Of a DNA stretch of 64,000 nucleotides, positions 1-7,934 are shown piece by piece. The notes below the pieces were generated by a model, which worked only from the letters and a program-made list of their open reading frames with translations, had not been told where the DNA came from and searched no databases. Source of the stretch: an uncultured Gammaproteobacteria bacterium. Its GTDB lineage: Bacteria > Patescibacteriota > Microgenomatia > Levybacterales > GWA1-39-11. The position numbers and the translations under genes were made by a program. The stretch covers positions 4,175 to 68,174 of the forward strand of contig CAZXFJ010000002.1 of the NCBI GenBank assembly GCA_964640435.1, given 5' to 3'. Position 1 is the first letter of the stretch; every line of letters starts with the position of its first letter.

Positions 1-558
1 GTTAAAACATTAAATGATGAACTTATAAGTTTACTTAAAAGTCTTACGCCAACTGAAAACTGTATTAAACTTTATTGCAGTTTTGTTATGAAAGCATATA
101 GTGAGAAAATGACAAAGCTTAATAAGGCTAAAAGAATTGCCGACCAAGAAATAGAAAGGCTGAGTGGACTTAGACAAACATTGGTAGAGAAGAATTTAGC
201 AGGAATTTATTCAGATGATATTTTCCGAGAGCAAAACTTCATGATTGAGGAAAAACTAATAGCAGCTCACAATGCTAAGAATGATGAGATTATAGGTAAA
301 TATAATATAGATGCAATAATAGGATTTATTGAAAAAAAGATCTCAAATTTAGCAACGACATATAGAGAATCAAGCCTGAGTCAGTTGCGCTGCCTTCTCG
401 GTTCGATTTTCTTAAAAGGATTAGCATGGGACTATCCGGGGTGTTCGAACCAAGAGATTAGCCCGGTATATCAATCTATTCTCACTATTGAAAAGGCAGG
501 TGTACCTTTAGGTGACCCCATCGGAATTCGAATCCGAGTTTTCAGGATGAGAACCTGA
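1..558 (+). CDS. hypothetical protein, 5'-partial (reading frame open from window edge); coiled-coil-rich C-terminal region
   Basis: Frame 1 has no stop from nt 1 through the ATG at 88 to the stop at 558, so the CDS continues upstream. The last ~48 nt overlap tRNA-Glu on the opposite strand, so the true 3' end is doubtful. No catalytic motif recognised. Confidence 0.35.
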   Translation, partial: VKTLNDELISLLKSLTPTENCIKLYCSFVMKAYSEKMTKLNKAKRIADQEIERLSGLRQTLVEKNLAGIYSDDIFREQNFMIEEKLIAAHNAKNDEIIGKYNIDAIIGFIEKKISNLATTYRESSLSQLRCLLGSIFLKGLAWDYPGCSNQEISPVYQSILTIEKAGVPLGDPIGIRIRVFRMRT

Positions 559-584
559 TGTCCTAACCACTAGACTATGGGGCC
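511..584 (-). tRNA. tRNA-Glu (anticodon CUC)
   Basis: The reverse complement folds as a cloverleaf. Acceptor stem GGCCCCA/TGGGGTC has one G-U pair. D-stem is GTCT/GGAC. Anticodon stem is TCAGG/CCTGA with loop TTCTCAT, giving anticodon CTC. Variable loop is 4 nt. T-stem is TCGGA/TCCGA with the canonical TTCGAAT loop. Discriminator is A followed by CC; the CCA is not fully encoded. Length 74 nt. Confidence 0.85.
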
Positions 585-593
585 GAGGCATAT

Positions 594-623
594 ATTTTAC
601 CTTAAAACTAGCCTCAATCTCAA
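594..623 (-). promoter_or_regulatory. sigma70-like promoter for tRNA-Glu (TTGAGA-N18-TAAAAT, 9 nt before the mature 5' end)
   Basis: On the minus strand TTGAGA (plus 618-623) and TAAAAT (plus 594-599) are separated by 18 nt. The tRNA 5' end is at 584. Confidence 0.4.
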
Positions 624-626
624 GTT

Positions 627-635
627 TGATATAAT
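627..635 (+). promoter_or_regulatory. extended -10 (TGaTATAAT) 6 nt upstream of the ATG at 642; leaderless configuration
   Basis: TGATATAAT at 627-635, a 6-nt spacer, then ATG; no Shine-Dalgarno sequence. Confidence 0.4.
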
Positions 636-641
636 ATCTCT

Positions 642-1133
642 ATGAATACTGAAGAATATATCCGAGATGAATTGGTTTTTCATTTAACCCTTGGCCATGC
701 ACATATGCCGTTTGATGAGGCTATTCACGATTTTCCAACTTCAAAAATTAATGAAAAATTTCTCAATGAAGAATATACATTTTGGCATCTACTTGAACAC
801 ATAAGAAGAACGCAGGCAGATATCTTAAATTTTATGGTAAATCCAGATTATAAAGAGCCTGAATGGCCTAAAGATTATTGGCCAGAAAAGTCTGAAAAGG
901 CAAATCGTGTTCAGTGGGCAAAAACTATTCGGGATTTTAAGAAAGATCAGAAGGAACTAGTAAAACTTGTAAAAGATAATAAGATAGATCTGTATAAAAA
1001 AATTCCTAAAGGAACAGGGCAAACCGTATTTCGAGAAATATTTGTTGTAACAGATCATAATGCATATCACATCGGAGAATTTGCAATTATGAGACAAGCG
1101 CTCAATGCATGGGGAAAAAGCCACAAGAGTTAA
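642..1133 (+). CDS. DinB/YfiT-like (DinB_2) metal-dependent hydrolase-like protein
   Basis: 163 aa. His-rich four-helix-bundle signature: HLTLGHAH, WHLLEHIRRTQ and DHNAYHIGE. Confidence 0.6.
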   Translation: MNTEEYIRDELVFHLTLGHAHMPFDEAIHDFPTSKINEKFLNEEYTFWHLLEHIRRTQADILNFMVNPDYKEPEWPKDYWPEKSEKANRVQWAKTIRDFKKDQKELVKLVKDNKIDLYKKIPKGTGQTVFREIFVVTDHNAYHIGEFAIMRQALNAWGKSHKS

Positions 1134-1669
1134 ATAAAACTGTGAATTGGAGAATAGTAGAGAATAATTCCTAAAATACTTGCCAGGATAAAGCTTAAAA
1201 ACCCATTAATTTTTATAATTTTCGCCATAACTATCATTGAAATAAACACTATCCACGGAATTCCACTTATTAACACACTTTGGCCAATTGATGCAGTTGC
1301 TGAAAAAATAAGTCCAATTGATACAACAGTAATTCCTTTTATTAAATGATTTACAATCTCAACATCTTTAAATTTTTGATAGCCTTTCATCATTGGGATC
1401 ATTAATAATCCAGGAATAATAATAGAAATAGATGAAAGAACTGCTCCAAATGGTCCAAAAAGAAAATATCCAATTGCAGCAATATACAGGTTAACTTGTC
1501 CGGGTGTGACACGTGCTATTGCATATGCGTAAAGTAATTGGTCTTGAGTTATTGCATGATGATTTACAACCAGTGCTTGTTGTAGAAGAGGCAACATTAC
1601 GGGACCATTACCAAATGTGATAATGGTATCAAACATTAATGTCCAAAGAAGATCAATAAGGGAGATCAT
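1130..1669 (-). CDS. chrA: chromate transporter, short-chain ChrA half (CHR family)
   Basis: 179 aa, about 5 TM. Matches the ChrA-domain pattern (FGNGPVMLPLL, PGQVNLYIAAIGYFLFGP). Paired with the adjacent second half, as in SCHR pairs. Confidence 0.7.
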   Translation of the reverse strand: MISLIDLLWTLMFDTIITFGNGPVMLPLLQQALVVNHHAITQDQLLYAYAIARVTPGQVNLYIAAIGYFLFGPFGAVLSSISIIIPGLLMIPMMKGYQKFKDVEIVNHLIKGITVVSIGLIFSATASIGQSVLISGIPWIVFISMIVMAKIIKINGFLSFILASILGIILYYSPIHSFI

Positions 1670-2216
1670 GGCCCCCCTTTACTGTTGAGAAAATTATTAT
1701 TCCTAAAACTCCTCCAGCAATAATAACGAGTGCTACATTAATACTTAATACAAATGTAGCTATAAATGCAGCTGTTGCAAACGCAATTAAAAGAGGAGAG
1801 TGAAAAACATCTTTTCCCATGCTTATCGCTGAAATAAAAATAAGACCAACTGCAGCAGGTAGTACTGAATAATTAATAAGATCAAAGAAATGACTATCTT
1901 TAAGAACTGTATAGAATGCAGCCAAAATTAATGTTAAAGTAAAACCTGGTAACATTACTCCTAAAAGCGCTACTAGAATTCCAAAAAGGTTTTTATATTT
2001 GTATCCAATTCCAATAGCAAGGGCTGTGACCGTGCCACTTGGGACAATCCTTCCAACAGCAAAAAGAGACATAAATTCACTACGACTCATAAATTTATGT
2101 TTTTGAACGAGCTCATGCTCCATTGCAAAGACAACTGCAAGTCCTCCACCTAGGGCAAAACCAGCTTTCAAGAAAATAAAAAATAACTGCCTATATGTCA
2201 TTTCTTTTTTTGTCAT
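1653..2216 (-). CDS. chrA: chromate transporter, short-chain ChrA half (CHR family)
   Basis: ChrA N-domain pattern: FLKAGFALGGGLAVVFAMEHELV and GRIVPSGTVTAL. The ATG at 2216 (MTKKEM...) is preferred over the GTG at 2252 used by the ORF track. Overlaps its partner by 17 nt. Confidence 0.7.
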   Translation of the reverse strand: MTKKEMTYRQLFFIFLKAGFALGGGLAVVFAMEHELVQKHKFMSRSEFMSLFAVGRIVPSGTVTALAIGIGYKYKNLFGILVALLGVMLPGFTLTLILAAFYTVLKDSHFFDLINYSVLPAAVGLIFISAISMGKDVFHSPLLIAFATAAFIATFVLSINVALVIIAGGVLGIIIFSTVKGGHDLPY

Positions 2217-2282
2217 AGGAAAGACCAGGAAGAAGTAACGGGGATGTCTCACTCACAGGTCCAGTATATTATACAAAAAATT

Positions 2283-2291
2283 TGGTAAAAT
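2283..2291 (+). promoter_or_regulatory. extended -10 (TGgTAAAAT) 6 nt upstream of the ATG at 2298; leaderless configuration
   Basis: TGGTAAAAT at 2283-2291, then ttagag, then ATG. Confidence 0.35.
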
Positions 2292-2297
2292 TTAGAG

Positions 2298-3587
2298 ATG
2301 AATAATCCAGAGGTACCAACAGGACGAAGACCCCATGTGGTTGAGCTTCGATATTCTGAAGAGGGGTTAGATACAGAGCAGAAAAAACTTCTTGGAATAT
2401 ATAAGGATGTTGTTGTTGAAACTGGAAATGTTTGGGATTCCTTACTAAAAATTGGTGAGCAACCAGTAGGTTTTTCTCGTGATGAGTTAGCAGGTGTTAC
2501 TAAGCGAAACCCAGGATACAATTTTATATTTGAAGTTGATCAAGGTTCTCTTGGGGCAATGCCATACGAGCTTTTGCTCGCAAAACCTCTTGCTCCAATT
2601 TTGTCATCACTCTCTGAAGCAATTGAGGTGACAAGTGATCCTGATGAAAAAAGATATCTTGAGGGCACAATTGGCGCATTGAGAGACGGACAATATGAAG
2701 ATGGAATGCGTGAATGGATAAATAATAACCCAAAAATTGGACTTACTGTTGGGTATTTTCAATATAAAGATCGGTCTCGTACTGAACATGCTTTATCTGC
2801 ATGGGTTGGAATAAAAGATGATGATATGACTGAGTTAGCAACAAGAATTGGAGACATCTACAAAAGAACATATGGATCTAATGTTAAGGTTGTTAATCGC
2901 GCCGAAAGAAGTGTAATTTTTGGGGGAGACATAGCAGATGCCCCAACAATTCCTGGTGCTGGCGCATTACCAAACGAACAAGGATGGAGAGAAAGACATG
3001 GAACCAAGATAACATTCTTTTTAAATTCAACTGAAAAGACAAATGAGGAAAAGCTTCCAATAACTCGCTCAATATGGGATGAGGCCTCAGAATATACTGA
3101 CGACGAATTTAAGACACTCGGTTTTAAATTGCTTGCAGCGCATGAGAATATGCATCCTGCTACAAGGCATGACAATGACGAGGCAAGACTTACAAACAAC
3201 TTCACGTATATTAGTGAAACACTATGTGATGTTTTAGCGCAAAAATTATCCGGAGATTTAATTGACCAATTAATTTCTAAAAAAGAATTGAGAGCTGCAA
3301 TTCCATCCATTGTATCAACAGCGTTGACACTAAGACGGAAAGGAATGCCACTTAACTACCCGCACATGCAAGGATGGGCAACAATTACAAATTACATGAT
3401 TGAAAATGGCGGAGTAGAAATTGATAATCGAAAGTTAAAGCTAGGTTCAGACGAGCAAATGAGAAGTGCAATTCTTGGCTTAACAGAAAGACTCGAAGAT
3501 ATTATAAGACGCGGAAACAATGAAGACGCAAAAACATTACTTGAAGCTTATGGTGATGCGAGAGTTTTTGATAAGTTAATTAATTAA
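2298..3587 (+). CDS. hypothetical soluble protein with HExxH zinc-metallopeptidase-like motif (family unassigned)
   Basis: 429 aa with no TM. HENMH at residues ~282-286 (nt 3141-3155) and a Glu ~23 residues downstream (ISETL) give gluzincin-like spacing. No match to any peptidase family I can name with confidence. Confidence 0.4.
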   Translation: MNNPEVPTGRRPHVVELRYSEEGLDTEQKKLLGIYKDVVVETGNVWDSLLKIGEQPVGFSRDELAGVTKRNPGYNFIFEVDQGSLGAMPYELLLAKPLAPILSSLSEAIEVTSDPDEKRYLEGTIGALRDGQYEDGMREWINNNPKIGLTVGYFQYKDRSRTEHALSAWVGIKDDDMTELATRIGDIYKRTYGSNVKVVNRAERSVIFGGDIADAPTIPGAGALPNEQGWRERHGTKITFFLNSTEKTNEEKLPITRSIWDEASEYTDDEFKTLGFKLLAAHENMHPATRHDNDEARLTNNFTYISETLCDVLAQKLSGDLIDQLISKKELRAAIPSIVSTALTLRRKGMPLNYPHMQGWATITNYMIENGGVEIDNRKLKLGSDEQMRSAILGLTERLEDIIRRGNNEDAKTLLEAYGDARVFDKLIN

Positions 3588-4146
3588 CTTCGAGAAGATT
3601 CCCGTTGTCTTGAATTTCATATTTTTCTATAACTTCAATATTCGGCTCCATCGACATCGGTGCATTTTCTGGCCTATCCATATAGAAAAGCATGACAAGT
3701 CCATTTTTATATTTAGCTGAATCCTCTATGTTTAGAGATTTTATTTTAATTCTGTCTCCGAGTGGAATGAGCTGTGAATAAACAACTTTCCCATCGATTT
3801 TGGATGCAGTAACTAATGAATAAAAGGTTCCTGATCCACCGGGCGAATCAACAATTATAGCAGCTGCATGATTCCCATCAGGACTTGCTGTTGCATTCAT
3901 AATTAGAGCTACATGTTGCTTGTTGGAACTTTCATAAGCACCCCTTCTAAATGTTATTGGTTCTTCATTAATATTTATTGTAAAGTTATCAAAGCCAAAT
4001 GGTTTTTTCTGCATTGTTTGAATATCTGTTGGTGTTGGAGCAAATGAGTGTTTATGGGTTACAAAGTAACCAATAAGGACAAGTATTAGGAAGGTAATAA
4101 TGATCCAAAAGATTTTCATTTTCTTTTTATTTGTACTTTTTGCCAT
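3580..4146 (-). CDS. hypothetical membrane-anchored protein (N-terminal TM, extracytoplasmic domain)
   Basis: 188 aa. Lys-rich N-terminus followed by a single hydrophobic helix (IFWIIITFLILVLIGYFV). Converges on, and overlaps, the end of the upstream gene. Confidence 0.5.
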   Translation of the reverse strand: MAKSTNKKKMKIFWIIITFLILVLIGYFVTHKHSFAPTPTDIQTMQKKPFGFDNFTININEEPITFRRGAYESSNKQHVALIMNATASPDGNHAAAIIVDSPGGSGTFYSLVTASKIDGKVVYSQLIPLGDRIKIKSLNIEDSAKYKNGLVMLFYMDRPENAPMSMEPNIEVIEKYEIQDNGNLLEVN

Positions 4147-4185
4147 AGTATAAGTATCCTTTTAATTTCGTCTTTTTTCAAGTAT

Positions 4186-4191
4186 TATAAT
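4186..4191 (+). promoter_or_regulatory. -10 box TATAAT 7 nt upstream of the ATG at 4199; leaderless configuration
   Basis: TATAAT at 4186-4191, then ctttgaa, then ATG. Confidence 0.35.
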
Positions 4192-4198
4192 CTTTGAA

Positions 4199-4744
4199 AT
4201 GAGCAAGACTTCAGACCTTCAAAAGATTGCAGTTGATATTGAAAAATGTGAAATTTGTAAGAAAAATAAACATGGGAAAGCTGTCGTTGGTGAGGGAAAT
4301 CCAGATGCTGATGTAATATTTATAGGGGAAGCACCTGGTAGAAACGAAGCCTTAACAGGAAGACCTTTTATAGGAAGATCTGGAAGGTTGCTACGCGAAG
4401 CGATAACAGGTTTGGGATTGAAAGAAGAAGATGTATATATAACAAGTCCTGTTAAGTATCTTCCGGATTATGTTACACCTACAGATGAAGATATAGCCCA
4501 TGGAATGACCCATCTTTCAAAGCAAATTGAGGTTATTGATCCAAAAGTTTTAGTTCTGCTTGGTAGAGTTGCGGTTCGTGGAGTGCTCGGCGACAAAGTT
4601 ATGATTAGCAAGCTTCACGGGGAGTTTGTAAATAAAAATGGACGTACATACTTCATTTCGTATCATCCAGCTGCAGCAATTCGTTTTCAAAAGTTCAGGA
4701 AAGTCTTCTTAGATGATTTTCAAAAAATTAAGGAAGTTTTATGA
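4199..4744 (+). CDS. uracil-DNA glycosylase, family 4 (SPO1 DNA-polymerase-related type)
   Basis: GEGNPDADVIFIGEAPGRNE, PFIGRSGRLL and YHPAAAIR match the family-4 UDG motifs. Only the N-terminal CxxC pair of the usual Fe-S cysteines is evident by eye. Confidence 0.85.
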   Translation: MSKTSDLQKIAVDIEKCEICKKNKHGKAVVGEGNPDADVIFIGEAPGRNEALTGRPFIGRSGRLLREAITGLGLKEEDVYITSPVKYLPDYVTPTDEDIAHGMTHLSKQIEVIDPKVLVLLGRVAVRGVLGDKVMISKLHGEFVNKNGRTYFISYHPAAAIRFQKFRKVFLDDFQKIKEVL

Positions 4745-5802
4745 CATTTCAAGATATTCTTTCTCAAAGACTCGTAAACGAACAGCTTATTAAGACTAAA
4801 TTTAAAACAGCCCGAGATCTTGTCTCATGGTTCGGAGCAGTTCAGTCACAGGATTATCTAGGTGCAAAATGGGCTCTGGGACAACGACTTAACATAAAAG
4901 ATTCTGACATCGAAAAAGAATTTAATGATGGTCGAATCATAAGAACTCATGTAATGCGTCCTACTTGGCATTTTGTGGCTCCGGAGGATATTCTGTGGAT
5001 GCAAGAACTGACCTCTCCGCGTGTTAATAAGATAATGAATTATTACAACAAAAAACTGGGTTTAGATACTGAATTATTTAAAAAGACTAATAAACTTATT
5101 GAAAAAGTCCTAGCTGAAGGAAATTATTTAACAAAAATTGAGATAAAAGATCTCCTTGATAAAGAAAAAATACATACAAATACGCAAACACTTTCTCATG
5201 TTATTTCTACTGCTGAGCTTGAGGGAATTATTTGTAGTGGTCCACGTAAAGGAAATAAATTTACCTATGCATTAATTTCAGATAGGGCACCAAAGGCAAA
5301 AAAACTACCAAGAGAAGATGCGTTAAAAGAACTAGTTAAGCGATATTTTCAGAGTCATGGACCTGCAACGATAAGAGATTTTGTTTGGTGGTCAGGATTA
5401 ACCGTTCTTGATGCAAAGCTCGGAATAGAAGCGAATAAATTAAAATCAGAAACTTTGAAGGGTAAAACTTACTGGTTTTTTGAAATTGGAAAGGTAAATA
5501 TTCCATCTCCGGATTTATATTTACTTCCTAATTATGATGAATTCACTATAGCATATCAGGACCGTGATCCATTTTTAAAACCCGAAGCAATAGAGTATTT
5601 TAAAACACAAGGAAATGCTGCATTTTGGAATGCAGTTATATATAAAGGGGAAATTGCAGGTAAGTGGAAGAAGACAACAGGTAAAAATATATTAAACTTA
5701 CAAGTTAAATTATTTGATGAAGCTAAAAATGAGACAAATAAGCTTGAAAAGGAGATAGTAAAATTAGGAGATTTTTTTGAAGTTGAAATTAAATTTAACT
5801 AG
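4741..5802 (+). CDS. AlkZ/YcaQ-like winged-helix DNA glycosylase (HTH_42 family)
   Basis: 353 aa. N-terminal RLVNEQL and AVQSQDYLGAKWALGQRL carry a Q-x-Q catalytic-type motif. HVMRPTWHFV block. ATGA overlap with the UDG gene and an AGGAAG Shine-Dalgarno sequence upstream. Confidence 0.7.
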   Translation: MTFQDILSQRLVNEQLIKTKFKTARDLVSWFGAVQSQDYLGAKWALGQRLNIKDSDIEKEFNDGRIIRTHVMRPTWHFVAPEDILWMQELTSPRVNKIMNYYNKKLGLDTELFKKTNKLIEKVLAEGNYLTKIEIKDLLDKEKIHTNTQTLSHVISTAELEGIICSGPRKGNKFTYALISDRAPKAKKLPREDALKELVKRYFQSHGPATIRDFVWWSGLTVLDAKLGIEANKLKSETLKGKTYWFFEIGKVNIPSPDLYLLPNYDEFTIAYQDRDPFLKPEAIEYFKTQGNAAFWNAVIYKGEIAGKWKKTTGKNILNLQVKLFDEAKNETNKLEKEIVKLGDFFEVEIKFN

Positions 5803-6946
5803 TGAATCCGATTTCCTTCATGACTCTTTGTGCGCGGTTTAACAACTCTTCTCGATTATTTCCAAAATAAGTTATATGTCCTCTTTTTCTGGGAGGAAAT
5901 TGTTCGCGAGGCCCTTTATGGTACCAATGTACATATCCCCCTTCTGACTCGATGTATTCTTTATCTTCCTCGCTCATCTCTTTATAATCAACGCCTCCAT
6001 TAAGGTTATGCATTAATACTATCTCTCCTGGTTTAGCAACCTCCGCCCTTTCGGGCAAGTGGAGTCCTGCTGCAATTGAGACCATTGCATCAAATTGAGA
6101 AAAATTTGTTCCTTCAATGCTCCAGTGACCTGTATTATGAGTGCGTCCCGCGATTTCATTAATTCGTAACCCAAGGTTTGTATCAAAAATTTCAACTCCA
6201 TATAAACCTTCGCCTTCGAGTACATTAAGTAGCTTATTGCACATTTCAGCTATTTCTTTTTCAAGTTTTTCACCAGCTCCAGAGGGATAAAATGTATGTT
6301 CAAGCATTCCATTCTTATGAACTGATTCAACAGTTGGAAATATAATTCTTCCGCCATACGCATCTTTTCCAATAATTGTGGCGAGCTCTCGAATAAGGGG
6401 TAATCGTCTTTCAACAACCATATCTTGACCTTCAAATTCCTTCCATGCTTCATTTAGATCCTCTAGCGTTGTAACGTGTTTATTTCCGCGTCCATCGAAA
6501 CCACCTTCTGCGGTTTTGACTATCACATCATGATCGAAAACACTATAAGCATCTCTGAGTTCTTTACGACTTATTGCTGGTAGCCAAGGGGCAATTGGTA
6601 TTCCGGCTTCTCTTAATAATTCCTTTTGAGCAATTCTATTCTGGATTATTTTTGTATATTTAGGATTTGGAATTATTGGAATACCTCTTTCATCAAGCTC
6701 AACTAATCCATCAGTATTTATATGGTCGGTATCAAGATTTATAGATCTAACGTTCCCGCCAAATGATATTTGATCTGATTTATTGTTAGGGTCTCCTTCA
6801 AATATATCGGAGGCGAATGATGCTGGACTACCCTTTTTTCCTAAAACCAAAACGGGAATATTTCTGTCGTTTGCTGCCTGTGCAGTCATCAATGCAAGTT
6901 GTCCATCTGAAGCGATGCCTATTGGTTTTTCGGACTCTAAAGTCAT
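5795..6946 (-). CDS. purK: N5-carboxyaminoimidazole ribonucleotide synthase (PurK, ATP-grasp)
   Basis: TAEGGFDGRGN, RINEIAGRTHNTGHWSIEGTNFSQF and HWYHK...RKRGH align block-for-block with E. coli PurK. Confidence 0.85.
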   Translation of the reverse strand: MTLESEKPIGIASDGQLALMTAQAANDRNIPVLVLGKKGSPASFASDIFEGDPNNKSDQISFGGNVRSINLDTDHINTDGLVELDERGIPIIPNPKYTKIIQNRIAQKELLREAGIPIAPWLPAISRKELRDAYSVFDHDVIVKTAEGGFDGRGNKHVTTLEDLNEAWKEFEGQDMVVERRLPLIRELATIIGKDAYGGRIIFPTVESVHKNGMLEHTFYPSGAGEKLEKEIAEMCNKLLNVLEGEGLYGVEIFDTNLGLRINEIAGRTHNTGHWSIEGTNFSQFDAMVSIAAGLHLPERAEVAKPGEIVLMHNLNGGVDYKEMSEEDKEYIESEGGYVHWYHKGPREQFPPRKRGHITYFGNNREELLNRAQRVMKEIGFTS

Positions 6947-6965
6947 GAAGAAATAGTATCAGAAT

Positions 6966-7862
6966 TTATTGCATTGTCAATCTCTTTTGATTCTGTTTCC
7001 AATTGTTTTTGCATGAATCATCACAGAAGGCATATCGGGTTTCACTATCCAGACAATTATCGCAGCAAATATAATGTTTGTGGCATACATCATACATGCA
7101 ATTTACATATGATTCAGATGGTATTCCGCAAAAAGTGCATCTTCCAACGATCTCATGCTCAGGTGAATCAGTGTTAAACCCAATAGTTAAACGTTTATCA
7201 AATACATAAAGTTTCCCTTTAAAGTATTTATTTGGATACCTTTCCATAAATGTTTGTATGCCATCTTTAAGTTGGTATACGTCTTTGAAACCATTTTCAA
7301 CTAAAAAGCCTGATGCTTTTTCGCATCTAACTCCACCTGTGCAAACCGTAACTACAGTTTTTCCCTTTAAATGTGCTAAGCGTGGTAGAACTTCTTTAAG
7401 CTGAAAGAAATTTTTCATTCCCGAAGGAACAAATCCATCAAAATATCCTGACGCATATTCGTAATCATTTCTCATATCAACAATATAGAATTCTTTTTTA
7501 GACTCAAACCAATCAAATAGTTCGTCAGCTGTAAGATATTTTCCTGTAACCTTTGTTGGATTCGTATCAACTTTAGCAGTAACAATTTCAGGACGAACTC
7601 TTACACGAAGCTCAGGAAATGATTTCCCATCACTTTCGCTTCTTTTGTAATTAATCTTAGTAAGAAGAGGATTTTTTTCTGTTTCCCGAATATATTCTTC
7701 TGTTGCTTCAACTGTTCCTTCAAGAGTTCCATTGATTCCTTCATGCGCAACGATAATTCTTCCCATAAGGCCAAGCCTTTCGCAAAGTGCTTTTTGTTCA
7801 TCACGAACTTTAGCTGGATTATCAATATTCACATACTTGTAATAAAGTAAAACTTGAAACAT
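6966..7862 (-). CDS. trhO: tRNA uridine(34) hydroxylase TrhO (YceA/UPF0176, rhodanese domain)
   Basis: LYYKY...AHEGINGT N-terminus, rhodanese active-site CTGGVRCEKAS, and a C-terminal Cys-rich tail, as in YceA. Confidence 0.85.
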   Translation of the reverse strand: MFQVLLYYKYVNIDNPAKVRDEQKALCERLGLMGRIIVAHEGINGTLEGTVEATEEYIRETEKNPLLTKINYKRSESDGKSFPELRVRVRPEIVTAKVDTNPTKVTGKYLTADELFDWFESKKEFYIVDMRNDYEYASGYFDGFVPSGMKNFFQLKEVLPRLAHLKGKTVVTVCTGGVRCEKASGFLVENGFKDVYQLKDGIQTFMERYPNKYFKGKLYVFDKRLTIGFNTDSPEHEIVGRCTFCGIPSESYVNCMYDVCHKHYICCDNCLDSETRYAFCDDSCKNNWKQNQKRLTMQ

Positions 7863-7870
7863 AGAGTTTG

Positions 7871-7879
7871 ATTATACCA
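7871..7879 (-). promoter_or_regulatory. extended -10 (TGgTATAAT on minus strand) 8 nt upstream of the trhO ATG; leaderless configuration
   Basis: Plus-strand ATTATACCA at 7871-7879 reverse-complements to TGGTATAAT. An 8-nt spacer lies between it and the ATG complement at 7860-7862. Confidence 0.4.
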
Positions 7880-7921
7880 AATAGGTTCAATCTTGAATAT
7901 TGAATTAGCAAATTAGCTCGT

Positions 7922-7927
7922 TATAAT
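7922..7927 (+). promoter_or_regulatory. -10 box TATAAT 7 nt upstream of the purB ATG; leaderless configuration
   Basis: TATAAT at 7922-7927, then agcaatt, then the ATG at 7935. Confidence 0.35.
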
Positions 7928-7934
7928 AGCAATT

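Noticed and set aside
1130-2252. Two adjacent half-size ChrA ORFs that could be read as a frameshifted or pseudogenised chromate transporter
   Set aside because: Short-chain CHR proteins normally occur as pairs of ~180-200-aa genes. Both halves have intact, distinct ChrA-domain motifs and overlap by 17 nt in the usual way. There is no evidence of a disrupted long ChrA.
2249-2789. Small ORFs antisense to or nested in large CDS (for example 2249-2521, 2524-2733, 2607-2789, 2858-3310, 6019-6225, 8030-8242, 9741-10190, 21744-22046 and 27937-28452) as possible overlapping genes
   Set aside because: All lie inside strongly supported CDS on the other strand or frame. They have low-complexity, Ser/Leu-rich translations and no independent start signals, so they are most likely ORF-caller artefacts.
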